A DNA stretch of 64,000 nt from Mobula hypostoma (Eukaryota): NCBI RefSeq assembly GCF_963921235.1, contig NC_086107.1:109184001-109248000 (forward strand), given 5' to 3'. This document shows, piece by piece, positions 49,900 through 61,710 of the stretch. The translations under genes were made by a program, and so were the position numbers. Under the pieces are notes generated by a model. The model was not told the DNA's origin, did no database searches, and worked only from the letters and a program-made list of their open reading frames with translations. How positions within the stretch are numbered: the stretch's first letter is position 1; each line of letters begins with the position of its first letter.

Positions 49900-52800
49900 A
49901 TGATCCAGGCACACCTATGGAGATCGGGCAGTGCTCTGGTCAGCATGATAGGGGCAGCTTAAACCAAAACCTGGCTGTATAAAAGGCTATATCATTTCGC
50001 TTTACAGATGGAGAGATACAACCATTGGTTGGGGATCTCCAGGGCATGCCTGGAGCTAGCACCGGGCGGGACAGTAGGTGAACCACTCATGGCGCAGTGC
50101 TGATTAGGTGGGCAGGCACCAGGAAACCCGAGAAAAGACACTGCCAGCGTTCAAAGTCGCCCACCAACGCCACAGGCTGCGACCGCTGCAGGTGTTGCTC
50201 GGGGGAGCAGTCGACTGACAACTGGGACCGCTCAAGCAGTTAAGGGAAGACAGACACGCATGACCTGGTTGTTAGAAGTAAACACATTCATGATGCGTGC
50301 ATATTATCGAGTAACGAAACTTGAAATTGACGTGACAGAGTAGAGGGACAAACTTAGTCAACAGCTTATCTCTCCATGCTCCGAACAGAAGATCAAAGTA
50401 GAGCGATAGTTAAAAAAAACTTAATCCCTATAGACATGTTCAACCAAATAAAGCAAGGTTGCTCAAGAGCTAGAAAGAAGCCAACTGAAAGACCACGACA
50501 ATGCTATACAAGAAAATAAAGATGTCACGTGTTCCCCTCCCCCCAAAGCACTGATGAAAATAAAATTACTTCAACAACTGCTCCACAACCTGACAGTAAT
50601 GTTCAACATCACAGATGTAGAGCCCCCGCAGAATGCTGATGATGAAGCTGAGCTTACAGACAAAATTATCCAAACATTAACATCACACTAACAGAACAGA
50701 TGGGCACTGACCCAACAAAAAGACCCTACATACCAAAACAAAACACATTATCAAAACTTGCAAAACTACATCATCAAAGTACATAATCAAAATTTGCAAA
50801 ACTTGTTAATACTCTCAAGAATATTATATTTCCACAATACTTAGGAAAACTTGAAACGTTTGAAGAATTACACACAATAACATTCTACACAGCAGCGTAG
50901 TGGAATGGCTCCAAAATAGAGGCACTATTTAAGAGAAACCCAAAACTGAGTACAGGTAGTGAAATGAGAACACTGAAATGGCAGAAGAGATTGAGAAACA
51001 AAATTGAAACCACCTATTGGAGTATAAAATGGAAAGCCCAAGCAAAAAAAAAATTAAGAGAATAGTTAAGGAACTCCTAAGGAACTATAGGGTCCACACA
51101 AGATACAATCAACCTAACGAAAGCATTGAGAATTTATAGACACACTAAAACAAAAGCTCGGAGCATACAAAGCCAGACTAAATAGATACATGAAATGTGG
51201 CAGATGAAGAAAACAGAATTAATCAGCTCAGGAACAATGAAAAAGGTTTATACAGGACATCGAACCTAAGACACACCAAAATGTCACCAGCTCTGGTACA
51301 GAATTACCAACAAACGCAGAGATGACGAACTTTTGGTCTAATCGCTGGTCAAACAGGGCGAAGCATGATCAAGAAGCAAGCTGGAGTAGGGAGGAAGAAG
51401 AACACACTCACACAACTGAAAACATGTAAACACCTGAAGTTACAATGGAGATTCTAAAAGTGATTATAAAAAATGCCCAGAACTAGAAAAGTGCCAACAG
51501 TGATAATATTCATAATTACTGTAATAAAACATTTACTTGCCTTCATCTGTACATACTAATATATATCAACAATTTTCTTAAAAAATTGTGAAAAAGTGCT
51601 TGAATTACCTAATCTCTTACCTAAAGAAATCATAAATGACCCATCAAAATATCGTCCTATTACTTCTTTACAAACTATATATAAAATTGTAACATTGTGT
51701 ATCTCACAACTAATTACCATTCACTTCGCTAACCATAATATACTCTCAGAAGAGCAGAAACAATACTGTAAGTGTATGAAAGGATGTAAAGAACAACTGT
51801 CATTCTCAGTCAAGCCCGGCGGAAAAGCAGAAATCTTTCATGTTGCTATATTGACTACAAAAAAGCATTTGATACTGTCTCACACTCTTGGTTAATAAAA
51901 GTTCTTAATATACATAAACTATACCCAATACTTGTTAAATTTCTGCAATATCTGATGATGAATTGGTGTATTATAATCACCCTATCTATTAGCAACCAAA
52001 AAACAGCAACCACTATTATCAAAATAAACTGAGGCATTTTCCAGGGCATCTTTCTAAGCACCATCTAGCTCTCTAATTTACTGAAACGGATGAAAAATAG
52101 GGTATCAAAACAGAGAGAACTAAACACATCTTGGATTACAGTTCAGCATTCAACATCATAGTTCCATCCAGGCTTAACAAGAAACCTCGGCCTTGGCCCT
52201 GCTTTGTGCAGCTGCATCCTGGATTTCCTGTCAGATCGCTGGCAGGTGGTAAGAGTGGGCTCCCTCACCTCTGCCCCCATGACCTTCAACACAGGTACCC
52301 CTCAGGGCTGTGTACTAAGTCCCCTCCTTTACTCCCTAAATACCCATGATTGTGTCGCCACCCACAGCTCAATCTGCTAATTAAATTTGCCAATGACACT
52401 ACATTGATTGGCCTTATCTCAAACAATAACGAGGTGGCCAACAGGGAAGAAGTCATCTCTCTGACACAGTGGTGTCAAGCAAACAACTTCTCCTTCAACG
52501 TTGCAAAAACAAAAGAGCTGGTTGTGGATTACAGGCGGAATAGAGACGGACTAACCCCTATTGACACCAATGGATCTGGGGTTGAGAGGCTAAACAGCTT
52601 GAAGTTCCTCGGCATCCATATCACCGAGGACCTCACGTGGTCTGTACACACCAGCTGTGTGTTGAAAAAGGCACAACAGCGCCTCTTTCACCTCAGACAG
52701 TTGAAGTTTGGTATGGACCCCCAAATCCTAAGAACTTTCTACAGGGGCACAATTGAGAGCATCCTGACTGGCTGCATCACTGCCTGTTATGGGAACCGTA

Positions 52801-54750
52801 CTTCCCTCAATCACAGGACTCTGCAGAGAGTGGTGCGGACAGCCCAGTGCATCTGTAGATGTGAACTTCCCATGATTCAGGACATTTACAGAGACAGGTG
52901 TGTAAAAAGGGCCCGTAGGATCATTGGGGACCCAAGTCATCCCAACCACAATCTATTTCAGCTGCTACAATCTGGGAAACGGTACCGCAGCATAAAAGCC
53001 AGGACCAACAGGCTCCGGGACAGCTTCTTCCACCAGACCACCAGACTGATGAACTCATGCTGATTCGAGTGTACTCTGTGTTACATTGACTGTTCTATTT
53101 ACTATAAATGATTATAAATTACTATGATTGAACATTGCACATTTAGATGGAGACATAACGTAAAGATTTTTACTCCTCATGTATGTGAAGGCTATAAGAA
53201 GTAAAGTCAATTCAATACATGGATGATTTGAAATTATACATTCCTTCATCAGTAAAACTAAAGTAATTAATTCAAATATTAGACCTATTGTCTGAAGATA
53301 TAAATATGAACTTTGGACTAGATAAATGCAGAACATTAAACATAAAGAAAGTTGCAATAGAGCTAATAGGATATAAAACAGAGCAGCAGGATACAATAAA
53401 ACCGATGGATGAATATGAAACATCTAAGCATCTGGGATTTCAACAAGCAAAGAAAATTCATTATATTTCAATAAAGGGAAAACTTTCTTCAGAATTTACT
53501 TCAAGGCTTAAGAAACTCTGCCAAACAGAGCTCAGTAGTAAAAATATAACAAAGGGCAATAAACACTTTTGCTGTACCCAAATTAACGTATTCTTTTGAC
53601 ATAATATCTTGGTCTGAAACTGATCTGGAAAATTTACAAAGAAAAATAAGAACTGAAATGACAAATTTTGGAAAACATTATGTACACTCAAACACACTTA
53701 GATTAACACTACCTGGGACAGAAGGAGGAAGAGGAATAGCAAACTTTAAAAAAAAATTACATAACAGTCAGATAAAACCTCTGAGCATAAATTTTCATCA
53801 ACCATAACAGGATTCAGCCCTCCAGGCAAGCGTATTCAATTTTGATAAGAAGTACACACCACTAAGCTGAAATGAAAGCACAGATAAATGAAGAAATTAT
53901 CACCACAGAAGGAAAATGTGAACCAGTGGAAGACATCCCCACAACCTGAGCAGACTAGATGTTGACAAGAAAGCATTCAATGCCCGGCTCCAAGTGGGAG
54001 AGCTCTTCCCATAAGCAGAGAGATTCCTCGAGACACTACATGACCAGGTGGTTAAAACAAAATAAAATCTTGAAAATACTCGATAAAAGACCAAAAAATT
54101 CAAGACGATGAATACAGAAAATGCCAAGAGGAACCAGAAACAATCCAACACATTACAGGATCCTGCAGCGGTTTAACTCAATCTGATTACATACACAGGC
54201 ACAATCAAGTGGCAAACATCGTTCACTAAAATCTTGTTTTAAAATACAAACTCATAAACGACACCATACCTCACTATAAATACAAGTCTGGTCCGGTTTT
54301 AGAGTCAGCGTCCTGCAGATTATTTTACAACTGATAAATTATTACAGATAGAACAGTCCATAACCGTCTGGATATAACATTACAAGATAAATAAGGAAGA
54401 ACAACTTACTTAATAGATCTAGCCATTCCAAACACATGTAACATACAGAAATCAATAGGTGAAGAACACCAGAGCTATGGTGAATTGAAAGAGGAAACTG
54501 AAAGACTTTGGAATATGAACAGGGGTATACATTGACCCGATAGTAATATCTACAACTGGTATCATCCCAAAGTCATTATACAATAGCATTAAAACAATAA
54601 GGCCTACACAGCAATATTTATGTAAATCTCCAGAAAGCCACATTACTAAATACCACTAGAATAGTCTGAAAGTTCCTAGCAATTGAGAAATGAGTGTGCT
54701 TAGCTGGCCCATACCTCAGCTTTTACCAACTTGAGCTGGGAAAAAAATCT
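49900..54750 (+). mobile_element. R4/Dong-type non-LTR retrotransposon with restriction-like endonuclease, near full length, decayed
   Basis: Relic peptides: N-terminal RMTW..EVNTFMMRAYYRVTKLE (about 50255), DPSKYRPITSLQTIYK, EEQK..CK..KGCKEQL, IDYKKAFDTVSHSWL, YMDDLKLY (53216), DINMNFGLDKC, zinc knuckle KCQEEPETIQHITGSC..YIHRHNQVA (about 54120), RLE N.LDI...LIDLAIP (about 54360-54430); TAA-rich flanks. Confidence 0.85.
52133..53215 (+). mobile_element. Rex1/Babar-like LINE 3' portion nested in the R4/Dong element
   Basis: DYSSAFNII.P, QGCVLSPLL, IKFANDTTLIGLI, KTKELVVDYRR, KKAQQRLFHLR, FYRGTIESILTGCITA, RTNRLRDSFF; (CAATT)n-type tail. Confidence 0.88.
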
Positions 54751-55973
54751 AATCAAATAAATAAATAGATAGATAGATAGATAAGTAGATAAATAATTCT
54801 GAGAACATGAATTGTAGAGTCCTTGAAAGTGAGTCCAAGACTTGTGGAATCTGTTCAGTGTTGATAAGTCTTGGCCCAAATTCCTCTCAACTTTCCCTAC
54901 CCATGTACGGGTCCAAGTGCCTTTTAAATTTTGTTGATGTACCTTCCTCGGACATTTCCTATGGTAGCTCGTTCCATGTACTCACGCACACTCTGGGTGT
55001 AATTGTTTCAATCTCTCCCCTCTCACCTTAAACCTATGCCCTCTAATTCTTGATCCCTATCTGTGGGATAAAGACTCACATCTGTTTGCAAGTTGTAACA
55101 TGAAGCAGTGGTCAGATGAGACTTACTGCAGGTTGACCAGCATAAATAAATGTTACTCTACGTCAGGAGAGCACTTGTGTGGTACCCTGCCACACAGACA
55201 ATGAACGCAGAGATGTTACCAGTGCTTCACTCCGTTCTCTGAGAGAAGGGATGGCCCCGGTCTATGAATGTCCTCGCTGCTTGGGTGGCATGGTTGGCGT
55301 AACACTCTACAGCGCCAGTGACTGGGGTCCGATTCCCACCACTGTTTGTAAGGAGTTTGTACGTTCTCTCCATGACTGTGTGGGTTTCCTCCGGGTGCTC
55401 TGGTTTCCTCCCACATTCCAAAGACGTGATGGTTAGGGTATGTAAGCAGTGAGCGTGCTACGTTGACACCACTCACGGGCTGTCCCTGGCACATCCTTGG
55501 ACTGTGCTAGCTGTCGACGCACATTTCACTATATGTTTCAATCTTTCAATATACATGTGGCAAATAAAGTTGATCTCCCCCTTATTTATTTATTAATTTA
55601 TTGAGATACAGCGCGAAACAATATGGAATAAGCATATAAAGCTTATGCTGTTCACCGAGGTAAGACTCTTGAGCAACATTATTGTCACCCAACGCTTTCC
55701 ACCCCTCTCCAGACCTTGAGGCCCCACCTGTTGACGATGCCCTCGATGGAAGGGTGGGTTTCCTCTCCTATCAGATTCCTTCTTCTCCAGTCCTTGACCT
55801 CTCCCACCCACCTGGCTTCACCTATCACTCTCCACCAGCATTTCATGTGTGTGATGCCCTGAACTTTGAGCTCTCCAGAGGTAGAAGATAAAGATGGAAA
55901 AAACAGCGACGACAAACCACCAGTCAATAAGATCTCTTACTAACTCAATCTCTTACTCACTTTTCCTTCAGTT

Positions 55974-56009
55974 AGTCCTGACGAAGGGTCTCGGCCTGAA
56001 ACGTCGACT
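55974..56009 (+). ncRNA. Minimal type-I hammerhead ribozyme motif in a solo Penelope terminus (insertion about 55934-56109)
   Basis: AGTC-CTGACGA-AGGGTCTCGGCCT-GAAACGTC-GACT: stem I AGTC/GACT, intact core, stem II, palindromic ACGT helix III, GUC cleavage triplet. 11-bp TSD GTCAATAAGAT at 55923 and 56110. Confidence 0.8.
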
Positions 56010-56193
56010 GTACCTTTTCCTAGAGATGCTGCCTGGCCTGCTGCATTCACCAGCAACTTTGATGTGTGTTGCTTGGATTGTCAGCATCTGCAGAATTCCT
56101 GTTGTTTGCGTCAATAAGATGTCAGCTTGATGCACATGGAGACCCCAAACTTTTAAAAGGTGGGGCTGAAATAGATCCGGGAATCATCATTAT

Positions 56194-56496
56194 GAACTTA
56201 CAATGTGACAGCTTTCCCTCCAAACTCCACTGCCAAACATCAACGAACAACTGAACAGACTACAGAGCCGTCTTATCAATCAAGCAGATTCGGAGGAGGT
56301 CCTGTTAAACTTGCTTGGCATTCCCATCAACGTTCCTTTGAACATCAAGCCCACAATGGTATATTTACCTTCATCTTGTCAACTGCAGAATTCTGTATTT
56401 TCTACACATGTTATGCCACCTATTCCCTAGTATTGATTTCAAGCTGTGTATATCATTACAGCAGGCAGGGTGTATTCATGAATAGTGTGGGTGACT
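56194..56496 (+). repeat. Local duplication, copy 1 (copy 2 at 60198-60500)
   Basis: 303 bp with about 4 mismatches; looser similarity continues for about 220 bp. Confidence 0.93.
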
Positions 56497-57331
56497 AATG
56501 CAATCAGCCCTCCAGGAGTTTGTACTTCACAATCAGGTATATTATCACTGACATATATCATGAAATTTGTTGTTTTGCAGCAGCAGTACAGTGTAAAACA
56601 TAAAATTACTACAGTAATGTGCAAAAGCCTTAGACACCCTAGCTGCTAAAAATGCTATACATAAAAATACTGTATTTTATAGTATAAAAATATTATATAT
56701 TACAATAAGGAATATATATATATGCGTGTATAGTACTGCGTTAAAATGTTAGGCACATATATGTACCTAAGGTGCCTAAGACTTTTGCACAGTACTCTAG
56801 TAATTTTATGTATTGCACTGTACTGCTGCTGCAAAAAGAACAAATTTCATGACTTACGTGAGTGATGATAAACCTGATTCTGATACGGGTCTCCATCATG
56901 GACTGAGAGTGGGAAGGGGGCAGGGAGAGGGGAATCATGGTTAGGAAAAGGGGAAGGGAGAGGGGAGGGAGCGGGAAGCACCAGAGAGACATTCTGTAAT
57001 GATCAATAAATCAATGTTTGGAATCAAATAACCTTACCAGGTGTCTCAGTGCTGGCTATGACTGCACCCCTGCCAACTCCCACCCCTGGCACTCTTTCTC
57101 TGCCGCCCCCTCCCACACCCCTCCCATGGCGTTCTACTCTTGCCATCCCCAACACCCTTTGCTCGCGCCAAATTTGCAAACTTGCTCTCCGCTTCACGTT
57201 GTCCAATACGGTACTGTCGGTTAATATTGAATTAAATAGGTGGTGCAAAAAGAGAGCAAATATAGTGAGGGGCATTCACGGTAAATCAGAAATCTGATGA
57301 TGGAGGGGAGGAAGCTGCATCCTAGCCCGTG

Positions 57332-57797
57332 CTCCTGATCTACGGTCAGCCAGTACAGAGAGGGGAGGGTCACTGGGGGGGTCTCCTGATCTGTGGTCAG
57401 TCTGTACGGAGAGGGGAGGGTCACTGGGGAGATCTCCTGATCTACAGTCAGTCAGTACAGAGAGGGGAGGGTCACTGGGGGGATCTCCTGATCTATGGTC
57501 AGCCAGTACGGAGAGGGGAGGGTCACTGGGGGGGTCTCCTGATCTGTGGTCAGTCAGTACGGAGAGGGGAGGGTCACTAGGGAGATCTCCTGATCTACAG
57601 TCAGTCAGTACGGAGAGGGGAGGGGTCACTCGGGGGATCTCCTGATCTGCGGTCAGCTAGTACGGAGAGGGGAGGGTCACTCGGGGGATCTCCTGATCTG
57701 TGGTCAGCCAGTACGGAGAGGGAAGGGTCACTGGGGGGATCTCCTGATCTGTGGTCAGCCAGCACAGAGAGGGAAGGGTCACTGGGGGGATCTCCTG
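57332..57797. repeat. 51-bp G-rich minisatellite, 9 full units
   Basis: Unit CTCCTGATCTGTGGTCAGCCAGTACGGAGAGGGGAGGGTCACTGGGGGGAT starting at 57332, 57383, 57434, 57485, 57536, 57587, 57639, 57690, 57741. Confidence 0.95.
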
Positions 57798-58033
57798 GGA
57801 TGCACATAATCTATGTATACAAGCTATTTTATGTACTTATATTTATTGTGTCTGCTATTATTGTGTTCTTTATCTTATTTTGTTTTTTTGTGCTGCATCG
57901 GATCCGGAATAACAATTATTTTGTTATCCTTTACACTTGTGTACTGGAAATAACGTTAAATAATCTCAAGGTAGAGGGATACGTTCTTGCCCATTTCAAA
58001 CCACTTTACAAGTGCTCTGTGCACAGATGGGTA

Positions 58034-58052
58034 GTGTGTGTGTGTGTCTGTA

Positions 58053-58097
<45 letters not shown>

Positions 58098-58143
58098 TGT
58101 TTGTAGTGTTTGTGTGTGTGTGTCTGTAGTGCGTGTGTGTGTG

Positions 58144-58182
<39 letters not shown>

Positions 58183-58306
58183 ATGTGTGTGTGTTTGTGT
58201 GTGTGTGTTTGTAGTGTTTGTGTGTGTGTGTGCGTGTGTGTGTGTGCATGTGTGTGCGTGTGTGTTTGTGGTGTTTGTGTGTGTGTGTTTGTAGTGTTTG
58301 TGTGTG

Positions 58307-58344
<38 letters not shown>

Positions 58345-58372
58345 TGTAGTGTGTGTTTGTGTGTGTGTATGT
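58034..58372. repeat. Compound (TG)n microsatellite
   Basis: (TG)n interrupted by CTGTAG, TTTGTAG and GCAT variants. Confidence 0.95.
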
Positions 58373-60197
58373 AGGGTCACATGTTCTGAATCCTTTCTCC
58401 TGATACTGATCTACCTGAAAGCAAGAAGGCCGAAGCCATGAAGAGAACGGAAATTAGATTCTTCCACAGAGCAGAATCATTATCAGAATCTGGTTTATTG
58501 CCGCTGGCATTCGACGTGAAATTAGTTTTGCAGCAGCAGTACAGTACAAAACATAAAAATTACTACAGATTACAATAAGAATGTATTAAAAAATAGTTTT
58601 AAGAAAAGAGAGCAAATCAGTAACGTAGTGTTCATGACTGGTCAGAAATCTGTTGGCAGAGAGGAAGAAGTTGAACACAGAACATAGAACAGTGTGGGCT
58701 CTTCAGCCCATGATCTTCTGCCGACCCTTTAAGCGACTTCAAAATCAATTTAACCCTTCTCTCCCACAAAGCCCTCCATTTTTTCTTTCATCCCTGCGCC
58801 TACCTAAGAGTGTCTTAAATTTCGGTAACGTGTCTGTCTCTACCACCAGCCCCGGCAGTGCGTTTCACACACCCGCCACTCTCAGTGTAGCAAACATACC
58901 TCTGACTTCCCCGCTATCACTTTTCTCCAAACACCTTAAAGTAATGCACCCTTGCCTGTGTGCCTTCAGGCGCCTGTACCACCTCCCTACTAGTAGAGAC
59001 AAGAGAGGACGTCAGAATTAGAATCGGAATCAGGTTTAATATCAGCCGCATATGTCGTGAAATTTGTTAACTTAGCAGCAGGAGTACAATGCAACTCATT
59101 ATAAACATAGAAAAATAAATAAATAAATAGATTACAGTAAGTGTATGTGTATTGAATAATTAAATTAAGAATGGTAAATAGATAGCTATATAGATACTTT
59201 ATTGATCCCAAGGGAAATTAGTGTCACAGTAGCATTACAAGTGCACAGTTATACAAATATTAGAAGCAAAGTAAGAAAGAATAGAAAATAAGTTACCAGA
59301 AACAGTCTAACAGGGTGGAGGTCATCACTTCCCCGGCTATTGGTTGACTCATTATAGAGCCTACTAGCTTAGGGTAAGAATGACCTCATATAGCGCTCTT
59401 CAGAATGGCACAGTTGTCTCAGTCTATTACTGAAAGTGCTCCCCTATTCAGCCAAGGTGGCATGCAGAGGGTGAGAAACCATGTTGATGCCATTGCCCCA
59501 GCACACCACCGCATAGGAGATTGTACTAGCATCAGCTGACTGGTAGAACCTGTGAAGGAGAGGCCTGCAGACTCCAAAGGACCTCAGTCTCCTCAGGAAG
59601 TAGAGGCAACTCTGTCCCTTCTTGTACACAGCCTCTGTGTTGGTGCTCCACTCGAGTCTGTCACCCAGGGGCACTCCCGGGTACTTGTAGAAGTTGTAGG
59701 CCCTCACCGCATCCGTGTCTTCACCATCAATAGTAGCAGGGAGCAGTGCAGGCAGAGGCTTCCTAAAGTAGTGCAAAAACAGAAATCTTTAAAAAGTGAG
59801 GGAGTATTCTTGGGTTCAATGTCCATTTAAAAATTGCATAGCAGAGGGGAAGAAGCTGTTCCTGAATCGCTGAGTGAGTGCCTTCAGGCTTCTGTACCTC
59901 CTTCCTGATGGTAACAATGAGAAAAGGGCATGCCCTGGCTGATGGGGATCCTTAATAATGGACGCAACCTTTCTGAGGTACCGCTCCTTGGATACTATGG
60001 GGGCAAGTACCCATGAGGAGCTGACTAATTTTACAGCTTTCTGTAGCTTCTTTTGATCCCGTGCAGTAGTAACAGTTCCCCCCACCATACCAGACAGTGA
60101 TGCAACCTATCAGACTGCTCGCCACAGTCAGTACACCTGTAGAAGTTTCAGTGTTTTAGCTGACATACCAAATCTCCTCAAATTCCTGATTAAATGC

Positions 60198-60500
60198 GAA
60201 CTTACAATGTGACAGCTTTCCCTCCAAACTCCACTGCTGAACATCTACGAACAACTGAACAGACTACAGAGCCGTCTTATCAATCAAGCAGATTCGGAGG
60301 AGGTCCTGTTAAACTTGCTTGGCATTCCCATCAACGTTCCTTTGAACATCAAGCCCACAATGGTATATTTACCTTCATCTTGTCAACTGCAGAATTCTGT
60401 ATTTTCTACACATGTTATGCCATCTATTCCCTAGTATTGATTTCAAGCTGTGTATATCATTACAGCAGGCAGGGTGTATTCATGAATAGTGTGGGTGACT
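60198..60500 (+). repeat. Local duplication, copy 2
   Basis: Direct copy of 56194-56496 at an offset of 4004 bp. Confidence 0.93.
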
Positions 60501-60789
60501 CCATTTATCATCTGACAATGCCGTCAGCCCTCTAGCAGGTTGTACTTCACAATCAGATTTACCACTGACATATATCATGAAATTTGTTGTTTTGCAACAA
60601 CAGTACATAAAATTACTACAGTAATGTGCAGTCTTAGACACCCTAGCTGCCTAAAAATACTATACATAAAGTACTGTATTTTATAGTATAAAAATATTAC
60701 AAATTACAGTAAGTATATATATCTATATTTATCTATCTATATCTATAAATCTGTCTATTTATCTATCTGTATCTATCTATAAGGAGGAG

Positions 60790-61475
60790 GAGGAGGAGGA
60801 GGAGAGGATGGCGGCGCGACGCAGCTCACAGCGGCCTCTCCGGTGAATGATATCTGTAATCTGTCAAGTAGGGTGCCGAGCACAATCCTGATTTAATAGA
60901 GGCGGACGTGAGAGCACAGAGGAACATCTGGTGAAACTTCTGAAATGCCCGCTTCACTGCCGCTGCTACTGTGTGGTCTGAAATCTCCGGAGGGGAAGGC
61001 CCCGAATCCTCGGCTTTGCCTGTTGCTCGGCGGCCGGGGCCGAGGTCAAAGCGCTCGGCAGAGATGGTGCTCGGTGCTCGGTGTCGGAGGGCTGGTCGAA
61101 GGCTCGAAGTTTTCGGACGGACTCAGAGTCAGACTGTGGTCAGGTGCTTCCAGGGTGCTGCATCGGCAAGTTTGCAGCGCTGGAAGCTCATGGCAGGGAG
61201 AGTTTTCTCCCTTCTACCGTCTGCGTGAGGTGTTGGGGCTATCGGGACTTTGAGACTTTTTTTTACCGTGCCCATGGTCTGCTCTTATCAAATTACGGTA
61301 TTGCTTTGCACTGTTGTAACTATATGTTATAATTATGCGGTTTTTGTCAGTTTTAGTCTTGGTCTGTCTTGTGTTTCTGTGATATCATACTGGAGGAACA
61401 TTGTATCATTCTTTAATGCATGCATTTCTAAATGACAATAAACGAGGACTGAGTGTCCTCATAATCTAATTTAAT
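60790..61475 (+). mobile_element. CpG-rich non-autonomous retroelement (unclassified) within a (TCTA)n tract just upstream of the UTS2R exon
   Basis: GC/CpG-rich 5' half, AT-rich 3' half with AATAAA and a TAATC-type tail; flanked on both sides by TCTA/TA simple repeats. Confidence 0.5.
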
Positions 61476-61710
61476 CTACTCTAATCTATATTCATCTACC
61501 TATCTATATATTATGTGTATATTACTGTGCAAGACTTAGGTCCATATATATAGCATTTGCACCCTCTCCAAAGCCCCAACATCCTTCCTATCGTGGGGTG
61601 ACCAGACTATTCACAATACTCCATATATGGCCTAACCAGAGTGTTCCCTCGTCTTACCCCTTCTGAAGTTATTTTCTTTTAACCTTTTGTTTCAGGTGCA
61701 ACAGGAAGCC

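Noticed and set aside
56205..56498. Duplicated 97/113-aa ORFs as a small gene pair
   Set aside because: Non-matching starts and stops between the copies and no recognisable domain; treated as a non-coding duplication.
57332..57797. CRISPR-like array
   Set aside because: Units are contiguous near-identical repeats with no unique spacers, the context is vertebrate, and there are no cas genes; it is a minisatellite.
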